A stretch of 59,485 bases of DNA, the filler included. It is 9 parts of 9 records of this genome, joined end to end, with 100 filler letters (N's around TTAATTAATTAA, not from the genome) between each part and the next. Parts side by side here need not be neighbours in the genome. Positions count along the whole stretch, not along the records: positions 6,714 to 12,782 come from SRR31156797_44238; positions 12,883 to 20,019 come from SRR31156797_44278; 7 more parts are not named here. One strand, given 5' to 3'. Shown here piece after piece: positions 9,832 through 17,990 of the stretch; positions within the stretch are counted from its first letter, which is position 1; each line of letters opens with the position of its first letter. The position numbers were made by a program, and so were the translations under genes. A model generated the notes under the pieces. It was not told the origin of the DNA. It worked only from the letters and a program-made list of their open reading frames with translations, and made no database searches.

Positions 9832-10719
9832 CTACTTTTTGCTGAAAGTCCATTTGCATTTGTTCAATAGCTCGGAGCGGTTTCGGACCTTCAGTTTCCT
9901 GAAGATATTGCTGAAGTGCTGCTTCACCGTTCCCAGGCTCATATTGAGGTTATAGGCGATCTCCTTCGTGGTCAGATGGGGGTGCGTGCAAAACTCCCTG
10001 ATCACGTCCTCCTCCCGGGGGGTGATCTTGAATCTCTTCAGATCCAGGGGTTTTTTCGATTCCTCGATCTGCATCTCCAGCTCCCTCATACGGGCATCCA
10101 TAAGGATCAGCTCCGCCTTGCGTCCTTCCATGTCGTCCAGAAGCCTCGCCTTCTCTTCCTCCATGGAGAGCACCTTTTCCTTGAACAGCCTCTCTATGTG
10201 CAGCATCTTATTCAATTCGTCCATATAGACCAGATAGATGATGGTGAGGAAGAAGATGAGGTATACGATGATATTGATGCTGGAGCCCACCTGGTCGTCT
10301 CCGGAACGGTAGATAGAGTATTCCAGAAAGAAGAGGGTGAACAGGGCAATGAATATCAGCTTGGTACGCCTGTATCTATCAAGCAGGCCGTAGCGGTAGC
10401 TCAGGGCGATGGTGAGAAAGATAAAACCCATCCCGTGAAAGGCTTCGTAACCGTCTATCAGGGCCACAGCGGCGTTCGCCATGAAAACGGATATGTGAAT
10501 GTATTGGATGACCCGGCTTTTAATCTTCCGGGTCAGAAAGATGATAAGAGAAAAAGCGATAACCAGAAAAATGGAAGGATCATGAACGATAATGTCAAGA
10601 AATTCCTTGTCCCGGAAATACAGATTCCTGAAGATATTCGTCAGTACGACAACCAGTCCAGTAAAGGCGATCATCGCCGATAACCTCTTCTGAATCTTTA
10701 CATTTTCACTTTTTATCAT
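9832..10719 (-). CDS. Membrane-anchored LuxR-family HTH transcriptional regulator (one-component sensor)
   Basis: About six hydrophobic segments in the N-terminal ~165 aa, a coiled-coil linker, and C-terminal ITPREEDVI..TKEIAYNLNMSLGTVKQHFSNIFRKLKVRNRSELL. Confidence 0.85.
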   Translation of the reverse strand: MIKSENVKIQKRLSAMIAFTGLVVVLTNIFRNLYFRDKEFLDIIVHDPSIFLVIAFSLIIFLTRKIKSRVIQYIHISVFMANAAVALIDGYEAFHGMGFIFLTIALSYRYGLLDRYRRTKLIFIALFTLFFLEYSIYRSGDDQVGSSINIIVYLIFFLTIIYLVYMDELNKMLHIERLFKEKVLSMEEEKARLLDDMEGRKAELILMDARMRELEMQIEESKKPLDLKRFKITPREEDVIREFCTHPHLTTKEIAYNLNMSLGTVKQHFSNIFRKLKVRNRSELLNKCKWTFSKK

Positions 10720-10741
10720 TCAGCGATTATAAACTATATGA

Positions 10742-11305
10742 TCAACTATTCCAATAACTGGGGGCCTGATCGGGCCCGTAAATACTGTCCATGGCCTGGC
10801 AGGGAAGCGCTTTGATCCGGCTTTTCAGCTTCGCGGCGGTCTCCTCGTAATTCCAGGCGCCTGAGTTCACGGGATTGTACTTGCCCTTGAGCCTGTCCTC
10901 TTCGGCATCGGCCTTGTGGTCTTCCAGCATGGCCAGAGCCAGCAGGGCCATCCCGCGGTCTATGAGCCTCTCGTCTCCCCCTTCGAAGTGGCTTATCCTC
11001 TCCAGCCTGGTGAAGAGATCGTCGTTATCGCTGAACCTATGCCCGAAAACATCCTTCCCGCCTTCGGAGGCCGCGGCAGTATAGATTGTCAAATGGGAGA
11101 GGGCCGTTCGCATGGGATTCCGGCAACCGGCGATAAAGGGAATGGCGGCGGTCAGCTTCATGGCCTTGTTCCGGAGGATCTTCTCTTTCCGGTCTTCGCT
11201 CACGTGAAAGAGCAATGACACCCTGTCTACCAGTTCAAGCCATCGGGCCTCTGAGAATTCGGATTCGACAACAGGATCAACAGTCTTCAATTCTGCGTTC
11301 AACAT
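10742..11305 (-). CDS. Hypothetical protein (187 aa), likely helical, with an acidic D/E-rich motif and C-terminal ...SYWNS
   Basis: SD AAGGAGA before ATG 11305; stop lies 22 bp upstream of the LuxR gene. No family confidently recognised. Confidence 0.75.
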   Translation of the reverse strand: MLNAELKTVDPVVESEFSEARWLELVDRVSLLFHVSEDRKEKILRNKAMKLTAAIPFIAGCRNPMRTALSHLTIYTAAASEGGKDVFGHRFSDNDDLFTRLERISHFEGGDERLIDRGMALLALAMLEDHKADAEEDRLKGKYNPVNSGAWNYEETAAKLKSRIKALPCQAMDSIYGPDQAPSYWNS

Positions 11306-11448
11306 TTTCGGTCTCCTTAAGATTAATGTATTCATTAATTTTAAGGGAGGTCATTTACAGTTGTATAGCGCTTCTTTTTGAGAAAATACAATAGTAATTA
11401 AGTAATAATACGTAACTCATTTATATATTGATAGATACTATATGCGAC

Positions 11449-11531
11449 CCCTAACAAAAGTTATAGATGAAAATTGGCTCTCGTGTAGCTATTTGCTATG
11501 CAGAGTGTAGCTTCTATAACAAAAGTTATAG
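11449..11531. promoter_or_regulatory. Two copies of an 18-bp palindromic operator-like box, CTATAAC-AAAA-GTTATAG
   Basis: Perfect 7-4-7 inverted repeat at 11514-11531 and an imperfect copy CCCTAAC-AAAA-GTTATAG at 11449-11466, in an AT-rich divergent intergenic region. Confidence 0.65.
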
Positions 11532-11680
11532 TCTGAAAATACAACGCAAATAGTGAATCAAGTATATGATTGATACCTGATCAGGACAACCTCAAGCATT
11601 CGGGAACGTCAAGGATGACAGAATGATGGCGACCGGACCGGCTGGTCAGTTTGCCAGGTCATACTTTAGGAGAAGGTCAT

Positions 11681-12781
11681 ATGCAAAGGGATTATCACTA
11701 CTACGGGACTTACGTTCTGGCAAGAGCCGCAGGGATTAATGCAAAGACCGCGCAGATCATTGCAAGCTCCGCCCAGTTTGTGGATGACAGTGTCAGGTAT
11801 AGAACTTTTGATTATGAAGACGGCAGTTCCATAGTCACTGAAGTAACAGCGCATCATGCGGGATCGGTAGAGAATCTAAACAGGAATGATCAGCGTTATG
11901 TGTGGATTCCCTTTCACTTCCTGCCCGGGAACATAGGCGAAGCCTTTACGGAAAGACTGATATGCGTAAAGAACAGCGCTATCGCCAGGGCGATGGTAGA
12001 TAACGCGATCCGGAATTCGGATAAGCCAAACTCCCCTTACCTGATAGGGGTAACGGCCCACGTCTATGCCGATACCTTCGCCCACTATGGATTTTCCGGT
12101 GTCAGTTCAACAAGGAACAGAATCATTAATGATTCCATCTCTGTGGAAGTTGTGAATCCGGAGATCAAAAAATACATTGAAGACAAAGCCAGGGACTTCC
12201 TCAATGATAGGCAGAAGAGCTTTATCATCGACAATATCCGTCAATTGGTCTCTTCCGCAGTTGAAATCGCTTCAGGGGCCTTAGGGCACGGCACTGTCGC
12301 AACCTATCCGGACAGGCCTTATCTGAAGTGGAAGTTCGAGTATGAGCTTGAGAGAAGGAAGGAGCTGGATCTCTCGGAAAGAGATAATAGGGTCACATAT
12401 CTCGAGGCCAGCGAAGCCTTGTTTGATATGTTCCGCAGATATGTCAATGAGAAAGAATCCGTAAGGGATGATGGGATTGACTTGGATTTCTCAGATATCT
12501 CCGACACGGTACTTGATGTTATCCGTACCGAAGGGGATTGCGACACCAGGATCAATGCGTGGAGAAGGGTTACCCGGGAAAACAGAGGATTCCGTTCAGA
12601 AGAAAATGATATTCCATCCTATCTGGGCGATGAATGGTATTCAACATTGAAGGATATGAGTCGGGATGAGTATGATAGGGCGAAGGCCAGCCCCATCTAC
12701 AAATTCTATAATGCCGCCAGCTATCACAGGACCTATGTATTGAAGGATCTGCTGCCTGAGAATGGTATCAATGTTGTTTAG
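11681..12781 (+). CDS. DUF6765-like protein (putative Zn-dependent hydrolase, phospholipase C/P1-nuclease-like)
   Basis: MQRDYHYYGTYVLARAAG..AQFVDD, WIPFHFLPG, GVTAHVYADTFAHYGFSG, LGHG..YPDRP; SD AGGAG upstream. Confidence 0.7.
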   Translation: MQRDYHYYGTYVLARAAGINAKTAQIIASSAQFVDDSVRYRTFDYEDGSSIVTEVTAHHAGSVENLNRNDQRYVWIPFHFLPGNIGEAFTERLICVKNSAIARAMVDNAIRNSDKPNSPYLIGVTAHVYADTFAHYGFSGVSSTRNRIINDSISVEVVNPEIKKYIEDKARDFLNDRQKSFIIDNIRQLVSSAVEIASGALGHGTVATYPDRPYLKWKFEYELERRKELDLSERDNRVTYLEASEALFDMFRRYVNEKESVRDDGIDLDFSDISDTVLDVIRTEGDCDTRINAWRRVTRENRGFRSEENDIPSYLGDEWYSTLKDMSRDEYDRAKASPIYKFYNAASYHRTYVLKDLLPENGINVV

Positions 12782-12782
12782 G

Positions 12783-12882
12783 NNNNNNNNNNNNNNNNNN
12801 NNNNNNNNNNNNNNNNNNNNNNNNNNTTAATTAATTAANNNNNNNNNNNNNNNNNNNNNNNNNNNNNNNNNNNNNNNNNNNN
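12783..12882. other. Artificial contig linker
   Basis: N44-TTAATTAATTAA-N44. Confidence 0.99.
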
Positions 12883-13654
12883 CGATGTCGCCCTCGAAAA
12901 ATCCATCGACGCCCTGTTCGAACTGGCCAATCAGGCCGAGGACCTTCTCGGCGGCGGCGCCACCCTGGAAGAGACCGCCAGCCAGCTGAACCTGCGCATC
13001 CAGACCATCGACGCGATCGATGCGGCCGGCCGCGATCCGGCCGGAAACGAGATCGCGGACCTGCCGCCCGGCAACCGGTTCCTGCAAACCGCGTTTGATA
13101 CGCCGGAGACCGAAGACAGCCTGATGACCGAGGCCGGGGCCGACGGCTATTTCCTGCTCAGGGTCGACGAAGTCACGCCCAGCGCCGTCAAGCCGCTTGC
13201 CGATGTCCGCGCCGACGTCGCCGCCGCCTGGAAAAACCATCAGCGCGCCAACAAGGCCGAAGAAACCGCCGAAGCCTTGGTCAAACGGCTCGGCGACGGC
13301 GAATCGCTGGCCGATCTGGCAACCGAGTTGGGGGTCGAGGTCAAGAAAACCGAAGGGTTCACGCGGATATCGCCGCCGCCGGGAAGCGATCTGACCCCGG
13401 CCGTCGTGCAAAAGATATTCGCCGTAAAAACCGGCGAGGCCGTCACCGGCCGCAGCCAGGAGGGCTTTGTCGTCGCCCGCTTGAGCGAAATCGTCGCGGC
13501 GACGCCGGGCAGCGATTCCGACGGCGTCGCCGCAGTCCGGCGCAACCTGACCGATTCCATGCGGGGCGACGTACAGGCCCAGTTCGCCAGTGCGCTCGCC
13601 CAGGAATTCCCGGTCCAGATCAACCAGCAAGCCATCGACCAGGCATTCCAGTAA
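12883..13654 (+). CDS. ppiD: PpiD/SurA-like periplasmic chaperone, C-terminal part (5'-truncated)
   Basis: Frame open from the contig start (..GATLEETA..GYFLLRVDEVTPSAVKPLADVRADV..VQINQQAID); typical position upstream of trpE in Alphaproteobacteria. Confidence 0.75.
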
Positions 13655-13674
13655 TCAACCAGGGACAGGCCGCC

Positions 13675-15183
13675 ATGACGCCGCTTCCGGATTCCGCCGC
13701 GTTCACGAAAACGTATGAAGAAGGGCGGCCGCAGGTTGTCTGGACGACGTTGGTCGCCGATCTGGAAACGCCGGTTTCGGCAATGCTGAAACTAGCCGAG
13801 GGACAGCCCAACAGCTTTCTGCTGGAATCGGTCGAAGGCGGCGCCATCCGCGGACGCTATTCCTTCATCGGAATGAAACCGGACCTGATCTGGCGGTGTT
13901 TCGGCAACCGTGCCGAGATCAATTGCCAGGCCCGGTTCGATCCCGAGGCGTTTACGCCGTGCCCCGGCGGCAGCATCGAGTCCTTACGCGCCATCGTCGA
14001 GAATTCGCGCATCGACCTGCCGCCCGGCCTGCCGCCGATGGCTGCCGGCCTGGTCGGTTACATGTCGTATGATATGGTCCGCCTGGTCGAACGCCTGCCC
14101 GATGAAAATCCCGACGTCATGGAACTTCCGGACGGCATATTCATTCGTCCGACGGTGATCGCCATCTTCGACAATATCGAGGACATGGTGACGGTCGTGA
14201 CGCCAGTCCGGCCCGACCCCGACACCAGTGCCCAGGCCGCCTACGACCGGGCCCGCGAACGCCTGGCCGACGCCGTCGCCGACTTCGGCCGCGGTCTTCC
14301 CTACCGGCGTGAATCGGCCGGCGACATGACGGAGTTTCCGGAACCGCAATCGAATATGGCGCCCGAGGATTTTCACGCCATGGTGCGCAAGGGCAAGGAA
14401 TACATCCTTGCCGGCGACATCTTCCAGGTCGTGCTGTCGCAACAGTTCCAGGTGCCGTTCCGCCTGCCGCCATTCGCGCTTTACCGGGCGCTCAGGCGGC
14501 TGAATCCTTCACCTTTCCTGTTTTTCCTCGATTTCGGCGGTTTTTCGGTGGTCGGTTCGAGCCCGGAAATCCTGGTTCGCGTGCGCGACGGAAAGGTCAC
14601 CATCCGGCCGATCGCCGGCACCCGCCCGCGCGGCAAGGACAGCGCCGAGGACAAGGCACTGGCCGAAGAGCTTCTGGCCGACCAGAAGGAGCTTTCCGAA
14701 CATCTGATGCTGCTCGATCTCGGCCGAAACGACGTCGGCCGGGTCGCCGAGGTGGGAACCGTTCACGTCACCGAACAGATGGCGATCGAACGGTATTCGC
14801 ACGTCATGCACATCGTTTCCAACGTCGAAGGCACGCTGAACGGCAAAAACGATTCCATGGATGCGCTTTTCGCCGGGTTTCCGGCCGGCACCGTATCAGG
14901 CGCGCCGAAGGTGCGGGCCATGGAAATCATCGACGAACTGGAACCGCAACGCCGCGGCGTCTATGCCGGTTGCATCGGTTATTTCGGCGCCGACGGCGAA
15001 ATGGATACCTGCATCGCGCTGCGGACGGCGGTCGTCAAGGACGGCCGCATGTACGTACAGGCCGGCGGCGGCATCGTCGCCGACAGCGATCCCGAAGCCG
15101 AATTTCAGGAAAGCCGGAACAAGGCGCGGGCCCTGATCCGCGCCGCCGAGGAAGCCTTCCGGTTCGCCGCCCGCTCGGGATAA
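13675..15183 (+). CDS. trpE: Anthranilate synthase component I
   Basis: DLETPVS, FLLESVEGG..GRYS, GDIFQVV, NPSPF, PIAGTRPRG, EHLMLLDLGRND, FPAGTVSGAPK, QAGGGIVADS. Confidence 0.97.
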   Translation: MTPLPDSAAFTKTYEEGRPQVVWTTLVADLETPVSAMLKLAEGQPNSFLLESVEGGAIRGRYSFIGMKPDLIWRCFGNRAEINCQARFDPEAFTPCPGGSIESLRAIVENSRIDLPPGLPPMAAGLVGYMSYDMVRLVERLPDENPDVMELPDGIFIRPTVIAIFDNIEDMVTVVTPVRPDPDTSAQAAYDRARERLADAVADFGRGLPYRRESAGDMTEFPEPQSNMAPEDFHAMVRKGKEYILAGDIFQVVLSQQFQVPFRLPPFALYRALRRLNPSPFLFFLDFGGFSVVGSSPEILVRVRDGKVTIRPIAGTRPRGKDSAEDKALAEELLADQKELSEHLMLLDLGRNDVGRVAEVGTVHVTEQMAIERYSHVMHIVSNVEGTLNGKNDSMDALFAGFPAGTVSGAPKVRAMEIIDELEPQRRGVYAGCIGYFGADGEMDTCIALRTAVVKDGRMYVQAGGGIVADSDPEAEFQESRNKARALIRAAEEAFRFAARSG

Positions 15184-15238
15184 CACGTCGTTTTTTTCCG
15201 AAGACGCTAGGGGAACCGCCGCAGACGAAACAATCGTT

Positions 15239-15261
15239 ACAATTGTGAAACACAATTGTGA
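15239..15261. promoter_or_regulatory. Candidate operator: direct repeat of ACAATTGTGA (palindromic core)
   Basis: ACAATTGTGA at 15239-15248 and 15252-15261; CACAATTGTG is a perfect palindrome; AT-rich island in GC-rich DNA upstream of the receiver-motAB genes. Confidence 0.4.
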
Positions 15262-15396
15262 CTACACGCGCAGACCAACTAATGGTAGATTGTCCGCGGC
15301 CAGAACGTCGCCCTTGGCAGCGACAATAAGGCGGGCCCCGCGTCCGCGATGAAATCAACAGCTGAAGGTCTATGACCGGGTGTTGGCCGGAAACCG

Positions 15397-16293
15397 ATGA
15401 CGAATTCCCGATATGAGAGTGTTCACGCGCTTGTCGCGGATCCGTATCTGCAGGGCCGTGACGATGTGGAATCGGCGCTGAGTTCGCTCGGCGTCGGCAG
15501 GGTCTCCGTTGCGGGTTCGCTCGATGCGGCCCTGCAAATGATCGATGGGGAACTTGTCGATCTGCTCATCCTTGCAACCGAATGGCCCGAGGGCGATTCA
15601 TCCGAGGCCATTACCGCAATTCGCCATGCCGAAGTCGGAAACAACCCGTTTATGGTGATTGTGGTGGTCGCCGAGGACGCCGATTCTCATCTCAGTTGGC
15701 GACCCCTGCGCTACGGCGCCGATGTTTTAATGGTGCCGCCGTTGGACGAAACCATTCTGGATGATCAATTGCAGGATCTCATATCAAATCGGAAACGGTT
15801 TGTGGCAACCAGCGACTATGTCGGTCCGGATCGGCGCGCCGAATCGGGACGGGAAACATCCATTCCGCTTCTCGTGGTGCCGAATTCCCTGGCCGACAAG
15901 GTTAACGGTGTTTTCGACACCGATGCGCTGGCATCGGCAACGGAAGCCATGATGAACGAGGTCAACGACCAAAAGCTGGAACGACATGCCGCCCAGTTGG
16001 TGCTTCTTGCCAACCGGGTCGGACCGGATCTTCTGGTCCGTGGCACCGACGAGGCGTCGCGCGTTTTCCTGGAACAAATGATTTGGATCGCCGAGGACGC
16101 CGAAAAGCGGCTCGAAGGATCCGCTCCGGGAAAAGCCACGGACGCCTGCAAGGCCCTGATTTCCCAAATCACCTGGCTGGATTCCAAAAAGGGTATCCCG
16201 CCGTCGAACGAGGTGGGAAAGATGATTCAGCTCGCCAATGCGGTCGGTCCGAGCATTTTGCCGGCAGGCAGGGTTCGGACAGCCAACAGGTAG
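15397..16293 (+). CDS. CheY-like pseudo-receiver protein with Arg-rich YVGPDRR motif (Cle-like) and helical C-terminal domain
   Basis: Receiver-fold pattern ALVAD..VDLLILA..PFMVIVVV..GADVLM; the phosphoacceptor Asp, Thr/Ser and Lys positions are degenerate; followed by RKRFVATSDYVGPDRR. Confidence 0.75.
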   Translation: MTNSRYESVHALVADPYLQGRDDVESALSSLGVGRVSVAGSLDAALQMIDGELVDLLILATEWPEGDSSEAITAIRHAEVGNNPFMVIVVVAEDADSHLSWRPLRYGADVLMVPPLDETILDDQLQDLISNRKRFVATSDYVGPDRRAESGRETSIPLLVVPNSLADKVNGVFDTDALASATEAMMNEVNDQKLERHAAQLVLLANRVGPDLLVRGTDEASRVFLEQMIWIAEDAEKRLEGSAPGKATDACKALISQITWLDSKKGIPPSNEVGKMIQLANAVGPSILPAGRVRTANR

Positions 16294-16353
16294 CCCTGAT
16301 TTCACGCGGTTATCGCGGTTGATTGGAGCCGCCCACGGAATTGGAGATCTTTC

Positions 16354-17247
16354 GTGGACATTACCACAGTTGTCGGCCTGGTTACGGGTATCGTGGTCGT
16401 TACATTGGCGATCATGACCGGGTCCGACCTGGGCATTTTTATCAACGTTCCCGGGATCCTGATCGTCATCGGCGGCACTTTTGCCGCGACCCTGATCAAG
16501 TTTCCGCTGGTAACCGTATGGACGGCCTTCACGGTCGGCCTGCGCGCCGTTTTCGTCAGCGAAACCGATGACCCGCGAAAGCTGATCGAGCAGGCAATCA
16601 AGCTGACCCGTCAGGCCCGCAAACGCGGCCTGGTCGGTCTCGAAAACATCAAGGTCAGCAACTCGTTCTTCAAGAAGGGCATTCAGCTTTGCGCCGACAA
16701 CCACGAGCTTGACTTCATCCGCACCATGCTGACCAAGGAAATGGACATGGCGATCCAGCGCCAGGAAATCAGTTCCCGCGTCTTCATGGCGATCGGCGAT
16801 TCGGCGCCGGCCTTCGGCATGTTCGGAACCCTGGTCGGCCTGGTTCAGATGCTAAGCCAGATGGATGACCCGACAAAAATCGGCCAGGGCATGGCCGTCG
16901 CCTTGTTGACGACCCTTTACGGGGTTCTGATCGCGCATCTGGCCGCCCTGCCGATCGCCGACAAGCTGCTGGCCAAGACTGAACAGGAACGGGGCAACCG
17001 GATGCTGATCATGGAATCCATCGTCCAGATCTACAACAAACAGAACCCGTCGTTCCTGGTCGAGATCCTCGAGAGCTATCTGCCCGAGAAACTTCGCCGC
17101 GGCGAGTCGCCGGACGGGGGTATGCGGCGTCGCGCTTCCGACCGGGCACCGGGACCGGGCGGTGCCGGTGGTCCCAGGCCGGCGGGTGCCGGCGGTCCGA
17201 GGCCGGCGGGTGCCGGTCAACGTGCGGCTCCGCGGTCGAAGGCGTAG
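16354..17247 (+). CDS. motA: Flagellar stator protein MotA/PomA
   Basis: GTG start; FINVPGILIVIGGT, APAFGMFGTLVGLVQML, GMAVALLTTLYG; low-complexity C-terminal extension. Confidence 0.92.
   Translation: MDITTVVGLVTGIVVVTLAIMTGSDLGIFINVPGILIVIGGTFAATLIKFPLVTVWTAFTVGLRAVFVSETDDPRKLIEQAIKLTRQARKRGLVGLENIKVSNSFFKKGIQLCADNHELDFIRTMLTKEMDMAIQRQEISSRVFMAIGDSAPAFGMFGTLVGLVQMLSQMDDPTKIGQGMAVALLTTLYGVLIAHLAALPIADKLLAKTEQERGNRMLIMESIVQIYNKQNPSFLVEILESYLPEKLRRGESPDGGMRRRASDRAPGPGGAGGPRPAGAGGPRPAGAGQRAAPRSKA
17161..17220 (+). repeat. Imperfect 24-bp tandem repeat (~2.4 copies) encoding GAGGPRPA in the MotA tail
   Basis: GGTGCCGGTGGTCCCAGGCCGGCG / GGTGCCGGCGGTCCGAGGCCGGCG / GGTGCCGGTC. Confidence 0.85.
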
Positions 17248-17249
17248 GC

Positions 17250-17990
17250 ATGAAGTTCGAAAAACCGCAACCGACCTGGTTGGTGACATACGCCGATTTG
17301 ATGGCGTTGCTTTTGTGCCTGTTCGTTTTGATTCTATCGTTTTCCGACATCAACCAGGACAGCTTCCGCAAGAATGCCGGGCCGCTTAGCAACGCCTTCG
17401 GCGTCCGCCGCGATCATCTTGAATTGCCGGCTCCTTCGGCGAACACGATTATTCTCAGACCGTCGGACAAGGTGCCGGAGCACCAGCTCGAACAGGAAGA
17501 GATCGTGATGATGGTCAGGGAAGTGCTGGCCGAAGAACTGTCGAAGAACGTCGTCGAAGTCGCCGAAGGCGACGGTACGGTGACCATGCGTTTCCCCGGC
17601 AGCACGGCTTTTTCGTCGGGCAGCGCCGATTTGCAGGAAGCGTTTTTCGCAACCCTCGACAAGGTCATTTTGGCGGTCGAAAAGAACGAACGCGGCGTTT
17701 CGGTTTCCGGTCATACCGACGACGTGCCGATCAATACGGAACGGTTCCGCTCGAACTGGGATCTTTCATCGGCCCGCGCCGTATCGGTCGCCCACTATCT
17801 GCTGGACAGCGGCCGGATCGATTCGAAACGTTTGACGGTTTCCGGCCACGCCGACAGCATCCCGGTAAAACCGAACGATTCGCCGGAAAACCGCGCCATC
17901 AACCGCCGCGTCGAAATCACCATTAATATTCCGAAAGAAGAGGAAGAAGAAAAACCTTCCCTCCTCGATCTGCGCAAGCGGGATTTCTAA
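17250..17990 (+). CDS. motB: Flagellar stator protein MotB/PomB
   Basis: WLVTYADLMALLLCLFVLILSFS TM with the conserved Asp; OmpA-like domain GHTDDVPI..SNWDLSSARA..NRRVEI. Confidence 0.93.
   Translation: MKFEKPQPTWLVTYADLMALLLCLFVLILSFSDINQDSFRKNAGPLSNAFGVRRDHLELPAPSANTIILRPSDKVPEHQLEQEEIVMMVREVLAEELSKNVVEVAEGDGTVTMRFPGSTAFSSGSADLQEAFFATLDKVILAVEKNERGVSVSGHTDDVPINTERFRSNWDLSSARAVSVAHYLLDSGRIDSKRLTVSGHADSIPVKPNDSPENRAINRRVEITINIPKEEEEEKPSLLDLRKRDF

Noticed and set aside
9832-10719. Link between this LuxR-HTH gene and the Vibrio hapR/luxR gene
   Set aside because: Different contigs and unrelated folds (LuxR/FixJ HTH versus TetR).
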